This document shows, in pieces, positions 27,097 to 36,492 of a stretch of 64,000 nt of DNA (the first letter of the stretch is position 1; each line of letters begins with the position of its first letter). The stretch is taken from the IMG/VR virus record IMGVR_UViG_3300032116_000088, positions 1 through 64,000 of that record. One strand, 5' to 3'. The translations under genes and the position numbers were made by a program. Source of the stretch: a virus. Below the pieces are notes generated by a model. The model saw nothing but the letters and a program-made list of their open reading frames with translations, did not search any database and was not told the origin of the DNA.

Positions 27097-29664
27097 ATGG
27101 CCGATAGCCTTCAAGGATTGATTGCTCAGCTTAAGCAGGCTGAGAAGGTCGTCGATTCATTAGTAAGTAAGTCCGCAAAAGTTAATAATAACTTAAACGG
27201 AGGGTCTGGAGGACCCGGCAGCGGCGGAATGCCTTCAGCAAAAGACATGTCTGCCGCTATGGGTAAACGCACTGCTTTAAGGACTGGTGGTAATTTAGCT
27301 GCTGGTGCTGGTACTCGAATAGGAATGGGTTTACTTGGTCTTCAACAACCAAGTTCTTTTGACATTAATGGTGGTCCTGGCCAATTTGAGCGAATGCAGG
27401 AAATTAAACGCAATAACGAAGCTAAAATGGAGCGAATGAAAGACAGAGCTCAAACGGCTTATCTTGGAATGCGTGGAATTAGTAATCGTAAAACACAAGT
27501 AATGTACGACAGCAATGGGGACCCCGTTTTAGATGCAAATGGGCAAGTTAAAATGCAGTCACGTTTTTCTGCACTATCTCCAGCCGCTCAAACAAATATT
27601 ACCAGCAGTATGTATGGTATTTCTGACACTTTAAAATTAATGCAAGGTATGCAAAATGCGTTTAATACTTTCTTACCTAGTGTCGAAAAAACAATGGGAA
27701 GGGCAGCAAGCTACTATAACGCTGGAATTTATACTGGAACTGCTCCAGGAACTATACAAGACGCTACTTTTGGCCGACTAAAAGCAATGTCTGCAATAAC
27801 CTCTGTTGGTTCGGATGCTAAAGTTGCTCAGCTTCTTGCTAGTAGAGGGATGTCTGCTAATCAAAAAGTATATGGAACTACCATTAATACTATTGGTAAT
27901 GCTGCCAGATATATGAATATTGCTAATGAAGAAGCTGCCGCATCTATTGAAGGATTAACTAATGCTAAAGGTGCCGCTGAGATGTTGCGAAACTTTGGTA
28001 TTTATACTGCTGATTTAGCTACTGGAGAAGAAAAAAGCCAAGGACAAATTTTTGAAGAACTGGCTCAAAGACTTACGGCAGGTAGAGGCCAAGCTACACA
28101 AGAACAAACACTAAAGTCTATTCGTAGAGGCGCTCTAGGAGTAACTATTGACTCTTTCTTTGCTGGAGATAAACAGGGCGCTCAGATGTTTAAGCAGTAT
28201 ATGGTGGACAGGTCTAAGGGCGGCAATAATGTTGACTTATCTTCATCTACTGATGTTACTAGTGCTTTAAGTTCTAAAAATCCTTTGGCTGCACAAATGG
28301 CTGTTGATACATCAGCTACTGAAGCACTAGGTATGTCTCAAGAGCAATACATAAAAGGAATTAACCAAGCAAGCAATGCTCTTCAAGTATTAAATAAAGC
28401 AGCTGGTGGGTTAGCATCAGCTTTAGGTGCCAGCTCAGCCATGATTCAAACTTTGTTTGGGTCTGATACTGTTAAGGGACTAATTGGTGGAGCAAGTACT
28501 TTAATTGATTTTACTAGTAAAGGAATTGCTGGTATAGGTACTGCTTTGATGGGAATGGACGCATTAAACCCTGCCCCTGCACTTGCTCAAGCGGGTATTA
28601 TTGCTGGTAGTATGGGCCTAAGTCTAGGTGCTGCTGTTGCTACGACAGGAGTAGCACAACTAATCGGAGGATTTGGTGGATTTGGTGGTGGAAATACTGT
28701 CACTAGAAGTATTGGTGGAGTGGGTGATGGTGGCTCAGCCGGTAATTTATTTGATATGGGGCAAGTTGAATCTGGACATGGAGTTAACGAGGCTTTAGGA
28801 ACTAAAAGAAGTGATGGAACGACTCACGGAGGAACTGATTACAACTACTCCTATGGAGATGCTGTAAAAGCTGTTGCAGACGGTGTTGTTACTGTAGCTG
28901 TAAACACCCACAAGTATCAAGACAATAGCGGACGTAGCATGGGAAACTACGTTTGTATTTTACACACCGCTGCTGATGGAAAAGAATACACATCAATTTA
29001 TGGACATCTGTCCGAAGTGTTTGTTTCAAAAGACCAAGTAGTTACTAAAGGTCAAACAATTGGTAAAGCAGGAAATACTGGAAATACTCGACCAAAAGCA
29101 ACGAACTATGACCCTTATGCCGGTACTCATTTACACTTTGAAATTAGAGAAGGAAGACAAACTGTTGGTGGAGTAGGAAAATCAGTATCTCCTCAGGCAG
29201 CAAAAACAATTGGGTCTACTGGAGCATCAACACTGGGGTCTTCAAATACTCCAGGAGCTTCAACTTCTTTTGCCTTAGACCAAAAATTAACTCAAGAGCA
29301 GTTTACTGCGGCACAAAGTCAAATGGCAGTTCCTGGTAATGTCCAAGGAGCAATGACCGCATTGGCTGGAATATACTCTGGTGACACAGATAAAATATTA
29401 AGTTCTCTTCAAGCTATGTCTGCTGGAGTTGGAGTAACTCCTAGTAACTGGAAAGCAGGATTAAGTCAAAATCCGGCTATATATTCGGGTGCAGGACCTA
29501 CTCCTGGAACACCTGGTCAGCCAAAACAAAATACTGTAAATAATAATGTGAGCATTGTTGTTCAAGTTCCGGATGTTACATCCGCTGATGCAGTTAAATT
29601 TGCTCAACTTGTAAAACAATACCTAGATGATAATTCATTGCTATCTAACACCGGAGGTATCTAG
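27097..29664 (+). CDS. Tape measure protein with M23 peptidase domain
   Basis: Ala/Gly helical body; HGGTD, YGHLS, HLHFEIR. Confidence 0.85.
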   Translation: MADSLQGLIAQLKQAEKVVDSLVSKSAKVNNNLNGGSGGPGSGGMPSAKDMSAAMGKRTALRTGGNLAAGAGTRIGMGLLGLQQPSSFDINGGPGQFERMQEIKRNNEAKMERMKDRAQTAYLGMRGISNRKTQVMYDSNGDPVLDANGQVKMQSRFSALSPAAQTNITSSMYGISDTLKLMQGMQNAFNTFLPSVEKTMGRAASYYNAGIYTGTAPGTIQDATFGRLKAMSAITSVGSDAKVAQLLASRGMSANQKVYGTTINTIGNAARYMNIANEEAAASIEGLTNAKGAAEMLRNFGIYTADLATGEEKSQGQIFEELAQRLTAGRGQATQEQTLKSIRRGALGVTIDSFFAGDKQGAQMFKQYMVDRSKGGNNVDLSSSTDVTSALSSKNPLAAQMAVDTSATEALGMSQEQYIKGINQASNALQVLNKAAGGLASALGASSAMIQTLFGSDTVKGLIGGASTLIDFTSKGIAGIGTALMGMDALNPAPALAQAGIIAGSMGLSLGAAVATTGVAQLIGGFGGFGGGNTVTRSIGGVGDGGSAGNLFDMGQVESGHGVNEALGTKRSDGTTHGGTDYNYSYGDAVKAVADGVVTVAVNTHKYQDNSGRSMGNYVCILHTAADGKEYTSIYGHLSEVFVSKDQVVTKGQTIGKAGNTGNTRPKATNYDPYAGTHLHFEIREGRQTVGGVGKSVSPQAAKTIGSTGASTLGSSNTPGASTSFALDQKLTQEQFTAAQSQMAVPGNVQGAMTALAGIYSGDTDKILSSLQAMSAGVGVTPSNWKAGLSQNPAIYSGAGPTPGTPGQPKQNTVNNNVSIVVQVPDVTSADAVKFAQLVKQYLDDNSLLSNTGGI

Positions 29665-31022
29665 TGCCTACACTAATTACTGCTAGAGACAAAGCCAAAG
29701 CAGCTGCAGAGGACAGACAATCTGCTGTTCAAGAGTTTGCTGCCTTAACCACTTATGCTACTAAAGTTTCTAATCTAAAAAGGCAAATAACTGACGTTGA
29801 TATTGAAATAGCGTCAACTACACAACAAATAAAGATTCTTAGAGATGCGGACCCTAATGGAACTGTTTACTCTGTTCAACAAGAAATAGACGTTCTAGAA
29901 AGTCAGTTAGCCCAATTAAAAAATGATAGAGGGGTTATCTCTTCTAAGCTAACTTCTTTAAATTTATCTGTAAGTTTAAGTCAATCATTATCTAAACAAG
30001 AGTCTGGTATTAAAGCTAAAACTGATGCCAAAAAAATAACTAGTACAGGAACGGCTGCTTACAAGTCCATAAATAAGACTACATTTGCTCCTTTACAGTA
30101 CAATGCTAGCTCGGTTAAAGAAGCATACTTTAGTACTAGAACAGACTTTATAAACAAAGTTATGCTGTCTCACAATCAACCAAGAGTAGTTCGTTCTGCT
30201 TCTGATTTATGGACTTCTGTTATTGCAAGTAAAGGAATGATTGTTACTTCAGAGCAAGTTTTAAAGGCGTGGAATTCTGGCTCAAATAAAGCACAATCAA
30301 CAGACTATTTTGATAAACACAACTACGGATTCCAATTTCAATACAATCCAGGAACTGTTGCAATGAGCTATTTTACGTCACCAAACGTTGACGTAACTAT
30401 GATTACCTCCGGTTCTGAAATGTTTAACTTAGCTGGTGTATCGGGTTCTCAAGGCTCTGTTTCTTTTCAAATTATTATAAATAGAATTTTTGATATGCAA
30501 TATTATGATACTGACGGTAATTTGCGTAATCCAGAAAGATACTCCAAGAGGCCTGCAACAGTTCAGGAAGAAAAAGACATTTATAATAAAGGAACAATGT
30601 ACGATTTAGAGTTCTTATTAAGAGTACTAATGGGAACTACTATGAGCAGCTACCTTCGAGGAGAAAACACTGCTGATATGGGTTGGCTTCCTGCTATTCC
30701 TGTAGAACTTCATTTAGGTAAATCATTACGATACCTTGGAGTGGTTAATAGTTTGAGTGTAAATCACATTATTTTTAATGAAAGAATGGTTCCACTCTTT
30801 ACCACTGTCGATATAGCCTTTGCTCGTTTGCCAGATTATCCGCCTGGAGGAACAAGCAGCAGTTCTGGTGGTCAACCAGGAGCCTGGTCTACTTCAACTT
30901 CAAATTCTGGAAATAATTCTGGGTCATCTGTTGGAAGTAGCGGAGGAAGTTTACCTGGAGGTACTTACGATATGGGTAATCTTGGTGTTGGTGGCGGCTC
31001 AGGAAACCCTTACACAAATTAG
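29664..31022 (+). CDS. Tail tube initiator-like baseplate protein
   Basis: FQFQYNP motif; N-terminal coiled coil; position after tape measure. Confidence 0.6.
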   Translation: MPTLITARDKAKAAAEDRQSAVQEFAALTTYATKVSNLKRQITDVDIEIASTTQQIKILRDADPNGTVYSVQQEIDVLESQLAQLKNDRGVISSKLTSLNLSVSLSQSLSKQESGIKAKTDAKKITSTGTAAYKSINKTTFAPLQYNASSVKEAYFSTRTDFINKVMLSHNQPRVVRSASDLWTSVIASKGMIVTSEQVLKAWNSGSNKAQSTDYFDKHNYGFQFQYNPGTVAMSYFTSPNVDVTMITSGSEMFNLAGVSGSQGSVSFQIIINRIFDMQYYDTDGNLRNPERYSKRPATVQEEKDIYNKGTMYDLEFLLRVLMGTTMSSYLRGENTADMGWLPAIPVELHLGKSLRYLGVVNSLSVNHIIFNERMVPLFTTVDIAFARLPDYPPGGTSSSSGGQPGAWSTSTSNSGNNSGSSVGSSGGSLPGGTYDMGNLGVGGGSGNPYTN

Positions 31023-31031
31023 GAGACAGCA

Positions 31032-31307
31032 ATGATATATACAGATAGTAGATATGCAGATGGGTTAATACTTAAAGCCCAAGATGCAAGAACTGAAACT
31101 TATAGGCTAGCGGTTTACCGTAAATTTCCTGATGCAAAGTTTCCGTTTTATTATTACACCTGGGTACTTGGCGATAGAATTGATTTAGTTGCTAATGATT
31201 TATTAGGTAGTCCTAATTTTTGGTGGAAAATTATGGATGCTAATCCTGAAATTATTGACCCATTTTCAATCTCAATAGGTGCGACAATAAGGATTCCTAG
31301 TGTCTGA
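31032..31307 (+). CDS. LysM / tail X-like baseplate protein
   Basis: GDRIDLVA...LG...WWKIMDANPEIIDPF.I..G..IRIP. Confidence 0.85.
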   Translation: MIYTDSRYADGLILKAQDARTETYRLAVYRKFPDAKFPFYYYTWVLGDRIDLVANDLLGSPNFWWKIMDANPEIIDPFSISIGATIRIPSV

Positions 31308-32571
31308 TGTTTTTGTTGGTAAATATAGGAAAGGAACCAATACTTCGGTTTCTTTTCCTACTTTACCCTCTTTAAGTGCCCAACCAAGAAGAATTGACCT
31401 TATTCAAAAACAATACTCTCATGATGTTTTAGTATTAGAATACCCTGCAGAAAGCCTTTTATGGTTTGACTCACTAAAGACAGGGGTTCCTATTCAGTTT
31501 TCTTGGAACCAAAATACTCTATATAAAAATTGGATTGGATACGTGTCTTCTATTTCAAAAAACAATGCTCCTCAAAGAATGAACTCTATGAAAGTTGTTT
31601 GTGTTGGAAGCTCTTTTCCGTTAAAAGATAGGGTAGCTAGAGTATTTGAAGACTCCTCTATACCTAATGCTGTTCGTAGAATTGTTGAAGAATACGGGTT
31701 TAGATATATTGGAGATGACAATGGCCAATTATTTTCTCAGCTAACTATAGCCGGTTTAACTTATTGGGAATGGATTGTTGAACAAGCTAAACGTATTGGA
31801 TATGGGATTATAGTTGATGGCATGAACTTTATTTTTAAACCGATAGATAAGCTTATAGATTTTGGGTTTAGTAGTGCTGCGGTTCTTAGTATGGGAGATG
31901 CAACTATCCCTTTTAACTCTCAGGCTTTAGATAGGACTCTTGATATTTTTAATGTTATTAGCGGAGATAACATAGAAGACACAGTTAATTTTAGAACAGT
32001 TAAAAATGTGGGTGGAGTTGACCCTGTACTAAACACCCCGTATTTTTCTGAAGCAAGTCCAGCTGATATTGGAAACGGTCTACGAAGCAATACTAGTGAC
32101 GTTTTATTTTCAGAGTATAGAACAGATAGAGTTATTTCTAACTCATTATCAGCCAAAATTGAAGCAGAAGGTGCGGCAGAACTAGCAAGATTTAACTTAC
32201 CAGCTAATATTATGGGTCAAGGAGACCCTAAAATTAGGCCATTTTCTACAGTATTTATTTCTGGAACGGGTAATTTAACAGATGGTTTTTGGATTGTAAA
32301 AGAAGTTAAACATATGTTCCATAAAATTGGGGAATATATGATTGATTTAAAAATAGCCACAGATGGTTTAGGGGATACCATTGAAACTTCTTTTAGAACC
32401 AGGGATTCTTCTTCAGTTGGGCTTATAAACTCTTCAGAAGCAGTAAAAAATAACGGAATTTCGCCTGTTTATTTCAACATGGACGCCGTAGAGCTAAGTT
32501 CAACTGATATGATAGTAAAAGAAGGAAATCAAGGTTATAAAAGAACTATTCAGCAATGGAAGGCACGATAG
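31300..32571 (+). CDS. Baseplate hub (gpD / gp27-like)
   Basis: WEWIVEQAKRIGY; GDPKIRP...G.W.VKEVKH. Confidence 0.8.
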   Translation: MSDVFVGKYRKGTNTSVSFPTLPSLSAQPRRIDLIQKQYSHDVLVLEYPAESLLWFDSLKTGVPIQFSWNQNTLYKNWIGYVSSISKNNAPQRMNSMKVVCVGSSFPLKDRVARVFEDSSIPNAVRRIVEEYGFRYIGDDNGQLFSQLTIAGLTYWEWIVEQAKRIGYGIIVDGMNFIFKPIDKLIDFGFSSAAVLSMGDATIPFNSQALDRTLDIFNVISGDNIEDTVNFRTVKNVGGVDPVLNTPYFSEASPADIGNGLRSNTSDVLFSEYRTDRVISNSLSAKIEAEGAAELARFNLPANIMGQGDPKIRPFSTVFISGTGNLTDGFWIVKEVKHMFHKIGEYMIDLKIATDGLGDTIETSFRTRDSSSVGLINSSEAVKNNGISPVYFNMDAVELSSTDMIVKEGNQGYKRTIQQWKAR

Positions 32572-32580
32572 GAGTACAAA

Positions 32581-32988
32581 ATGGCTAATTCAGAAGTTGC
32601 TTTAAAGCTACCCCTGTCTTTAGATGAGTCAGGTAATTTACGTATTGCAACTACTCAAAAGGATATTTGGGCAGACAGAGTGCGTATTGCTCTTGGAACT
32701 AGAATAACTGAGCGAGTAATGCGTCCGGATTATGGGACAACTATAGGGGCGGCTCTTTTTGAAACTGTAAGCATTACTAGTGAAGCTATTACTAAAGAGA
32801 TTAGAAGAGTATTTCACGAACAGTTTTCTCTGCTAACTTTAACCTCTGTTGTTCCTTCTTATAACGAAGCTTCAAGTACACTTACTATTACCGTAATCTA
32901 TTTACTTCCTAATAAAGAAGAAGTAGTTACTGAAATAGGAGTAGTAACCGTTTCTAGCACAGCCAGCCCTTTTGAGGAGTTATCATGA
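32581..32988 (+). CDS. Baseplate wedge gp25-like protein
   Basis: LGTRITERVMRPDYGT. Confidence 0.88.
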   Translation: MANSEVALKLPLSLDESGNLRIATTQKDIWADRVRIALGTRITERVMRPDYGTTIGAALFETVSITSEAITKEIRRVFHEQFSLLTLTSVVPSYNEASSTLTITVIYLLPNKEEVVTEIGVVTVSSTASPFEELS

Positions 32989-35900
32989 CAGCACCAGCAA
33001 ATAAAGTCCCTTTATCAGTAGACTATACTGGTAGAGACTATTACTCTCTTAGAAATCAATTAATTGAGAGAGTTAAAGAAAGAACAAACAATAATTGGCA
33101 GGGAAATGACCCCGCTGATTTTGGTGTTGCTATTATTGAGTCATTTGCATATATGGGTGACTTGATTAACTACTATATTGATAGAGTTGCAAATGAATCG
33201 TACATTAAAACAGCAACTCAAAGAGATACCCTAATTAATCTAGCCAAAATGTATGGCTATACTCCAACAAACTATGTTAGTTCGATTGTTGATTTACAGT
33301 TTTCAAGCACAAATGGCTATTACGGAAATATTGGAGCTGCAATTATTGAGTCTGGGGTAATTGGAGGAACTACATACACTAATTTAGCTAAAATTATTGT
33401 TCCTAATGACCAACCATTCTCTGTTGGAGATACTATTAGGGTAACTGGTATTCCTACTACTGTAAATGGAACTATTGCAGATACTCCTGTTGTCTATAAT
33501 ACAAGTGTTTATAATGGACAATTTGTTGTAGAAAGTATTGGCTATAATAATATTGGTAGAAATGTTATTTGGTACCAACCAAAAGCAACAATTAGCAACA
33601 TTTCTTTAAGTGGAACAACTTTTACTGTTACTTCATCAGGCTCTTTAAATCCATTTGAGGGTCAAAAAATAAAAATAAGTGGAGTATCTGTTACTGGTTC
33701 TACTAATAATTACAATGGAAATTGGACTGTAGACTCTACAACTTCTGCAACTGATTTAGCTCCAGCAACATTTACTGTTGATGCATCTCTAAACGCTGCA
33801 GATATTACTCATATTCATTCAGATGGAACCACTGTAAGGTTTTCGGCTTGGAATGACTTTATTGTGGGTCAAAAAATAAATGTTAGAGATGTAATTAGCT
33901 CTGACAATACAGGGGGTACAGCTGGTTCTGGATACAACTTTACTGGTGCTACCGTCTCTTTAGTTAAAACAATTGATGCTTTGGTTACTGGTGCCACTTT
34001 TAGTGGAACGGGTTCTGGACAAATAGTTACCTTTAAAACAAATAAAGAGTTTGCTATTAACGATATTATAAGTATTACTGGGGTTAGAAGTGCTGGAAAT
34101 CCGAATGCCACTGCAGATTTAGGGTTTAATTTTGAAGATACCATTGTAGCTAGTTCTGGTTATGATAGTGCAAATATTACAGACGTTCTTGGAAACATAT
34201 CTAATACTGGTTTTATTACATTTACAACAGCTGCAGCGCACGGATTTTTTCCTGGGGAATACGTTACAATTTCTGATGTGGAAAGTACATCGGGAGGAAC
34301 AACAACTTCTGTTTACGATATGCAATCAGTAAAAATTATATCTACTCCTTCAGACACAACATTTAAGGTTGAAGGTTATTTTACAGATGAGTTTGTTTCT
34401 GGTGGAATTGCAAAAAGATATAAATTTACAGTTTCTGCGCCGGCTTCTGAGCGTGGCACAGATTCTTTACCTGCTGGTGGTCACATTACTTGTAGACAAT
34501 TTGAGGTAACAAGTAGTCAAAATACAACTGTAACCAGTGTTTCTGGGGCAACCGCAACTGCACAAGTTGGGGGAACGTACAGTGCCGGTGGTACTGTTTA
34601 CTACTCCGAACTTCCCGCGTTACTTGTAAATGGTCAAATTAGAGAATATGGTTTTGATGTTGTTCCACAAGGAACCCAGGTTACAGCTCAAGTCACGGAT
34701 GCCGGGTCAACCAGAACGCTTAGTTTTATTACCCAAAGTGACTCTATAGTTCCTTATAGAGGGTCTACAGATACTCCTGTTTTAGCAATTCAGGGTGAAG
34801 ACATCTCTTTGCGTGCAGAAAACTTGGCTGATTTATCTGCAGTATCGTATGATATTCCAGGTGAAAAACTAGGATTTTCTAAAGGAACTCCTGACCAGTC
34901 CTTTTATTTAAAAGAGACTCAGGTTGATTTAAGCACTATTAAAGTTTATGTAGACAATGGCCTTGAATTTGAAGAATGGCAACAAGTACAGCATATTCGT
35001 GATTATGCTGCTGGAGATAAAGTATTTGATGTTATTGTAGAATCTTCAAATAGAATTGCAATTAATTTTGGTGATGGGATTTCTGGTGCCATTCCTACCT
35101 CAGAGGCTACTATAAAAGCTACTTATATTTATGGTGGAGGAGTTATAGGAAATGTTGGTGCTGGAACAATCACAACAATCGGAGATATTCCAGGCCTAAC
35201 TCTTTCTGAGCAAACCTTATTAAGGTCAAAAATAACTGTAATAAATATGGCGGCTGCAGCCGGTGGTGCTGACCCAGAAACTAACGATAGCATTAGGTAT
35301 AACACCCCACGTTCTTTAAGAAGTTTAAACAGGGCGGTTACTTTAGAAGATTTTGCTAATTTAGCATTGACTGTTCCGGGTGTTGCAAAAGCAAATGCTA
35401 CTGCAACAAACAGAAGTAACGTGACCGTGTACGTTGCTCCCGTACAATCCGGGTCATCGGATTTATATCCTGGAATTATTGGTAACGTTGAAACAGGAAT
35501 ATATGAGATTACAACTCAATTAGACTATCTTTTAACTACTGGTGTTCCTGATTTTGTTAATGATAAAAAATCTATTGGAACAACCGTAACGTATTCTCAA
35601 CCAACGTATACTAACATTTCCGCTGCAATAACATACTCTCCTTTGCCACAGTACTCAAGTGCAATTGTAGAAGCAAACCTAAAAGCTGCTTTAGTTACAG
35701 AGTTTTCTTTTAATGAGGTTCAATTTGCAGATGTAATTACTCCTGAAGAAATTGAGTTTAAACTTCGCCAAGTAAGCGGTGTAAGAAATGTTAAGATAAC
35801 AAGCCTGTATAGACAAGGTGGCTCAGGCCGCAACAGCCTTGTCGGAACTCCTGATGAAATATTTGTATTCCAAGAAAGCAATATTACATTAACAAAGGCA

Positions 35901-36218
35901 CTGAGCTTATCTACATTAACTTCTTTGACCTTAGTTGCCAAAAATTCTTCTGGCAGTGTTGTTACTCCAGTAACTTTCTCAAAGACATTTAATTCTTCGG
36001 TTTATAACTATATAATTACTGTTCCAGCAACTACTGCATCACTAACTGTAACACCTACTTCAACAGACAATACCGCATCTATAACCGTTAATGATGTTGA
36101 AATTAGTAGCGGAGATAGCTCTATAGTAACAACTCTAAACAACCCAATAATTATTACCGTTACTGCCAGTGATGGTATAACAGTAACTAGTTATGCATTA
36201 AACATTACAGGAATTTAA
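32985..36218 (+). CDS. Baseplate J-like wedge protein with large beta-module insertion and C-terminal Ig/cadherin-like domain
   Basis: DYTGRDY, DRVANESY, FGDGISGAIP, GGADPET, RAVTLEDF; TVTASDG.T..Y. Confidence 0.9.
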   Translation: MTAPANKVPLSVDYTGRDYYSLRNQLIERVKERTNNNWQGNDPADFGVAIIESFAYMGDLINYYIDRVANESYIKTATQRDTLINLAKMYGYTPTNYVSSIVDLQFSSTNGYYGNIGAAIIESGVIGGTTYTNLAKIIVPNDQPFSVGDTIRVTGIPTTVNGTIADTPVVYNTSVYNGQFVVESIGYNNIGRNVIWYQPKATISNISLSGTTFTVTSSGSLNPFEGQKIKISGVSVTGSTNNYNGNWTVDSTTSATDLAPATFTVDASLNAADITHIHSDGTTVRFSAWNDFIVGQKINVRDVISSDNTGGTAGSGYNFTGATVSLVKTIDALVTGATFSGTGSGQIVTFKTNKEFAINDIISITGVRSAGNPNATADLGFNFEDTIVASSGYDSANITDVLGNISNTGFITFTTAAAHGFFPGEYVTISDVESTSGGTTTSVYDMQSVKIISTPSDTTFKVEGYFTDEFVSGGIAKRYKFTVSAPASERGTDSLPAGGHITCRQFEVTSSQNTTVTSVSGATATAQVGGTYSAGGTVYYSELPALLVNGQIREYGFDVVPQGTQVTAQVTDAGSTRTLSFITQSDSIVPYRGSTDTPVLAIQGEDISLRAENLADLSAVSYDIPGEKLGFSKGTPDQSFYLKETQVDLSTIKVYVDNGLEFEEWQQVQHIRDYAAGDKVFDVIVESSNRIAINFGDGISGAIPTSEATIKATYIYGGGVIGNVGAGTITTIGDIPGLTLSEQTLLRSKITVINMAAAAGGADPETNDSIRYNTPRSLRSLNRAVTLEDFANLALTVPGVAKANATATNRSNVTVYVAPVQSGSSDLYPGIIGNVETGIYEITTQLDYLLTTGVPDFVNDKKSIGTTVTYSQPTYTNISAAITYSPLPQYSSAIVEANLKAALVTEFSFNEVQFADVITPEEIEFKLRQVSGVRNVKITSLYRQGGSGRNSLVGTPDEIFVFQESNITLTKALSLSTLTSLTLVAKNSSGSVVTPVTFSKTFNSSVYNYIITVPATTASLTVTPTSTDNTASITVNDVEISSGDSSIVTTLNNPIIITVTASDGITVTSYALNITGI

Positions 36219-36220
36219 TA

Positions 36221-36490
36221 ATGATAAAAGACTCTTATGGTAATGCTAGATTTTATGGGGTCTACCGTGGCGTAGTTTTTGATAATAACGATAAACAAAA
36301 TCTTAAAAGACTACGCCTCCAGGTCCCACAAATTTTAGCCGACCAGCCAACTCATTGGGCATGGCCTGTGGAAACTCCTGGAGTAGCCACAAACACGCCT
36401 AAAATTGGGCAGGGAGTTTGGGTAATGTTTGAGGGTGGTGACCCCTCCTATCCTATCTGGCTAGGAGTTTTTGGTACTGAGGTGGTTTAA
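36221..36490 (+). CDS. gp5/gpV OB-fold protein (spike base only)
   Basis: YRGVV.DNND...RLRLQVPQ...P.IGQGVWVMFEGGDPSYPIWLG. Confidence 0.88.
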   Translation: MIKDSYGNARFYGVYRGVVFDNNDKQNLKRLRLQVPQILADQPTHWAWPVETPGVATNTPKIGQGVWVMFEGGDPSYPIWLGVFGTEVV

Positions 36491-36492
36491 TT

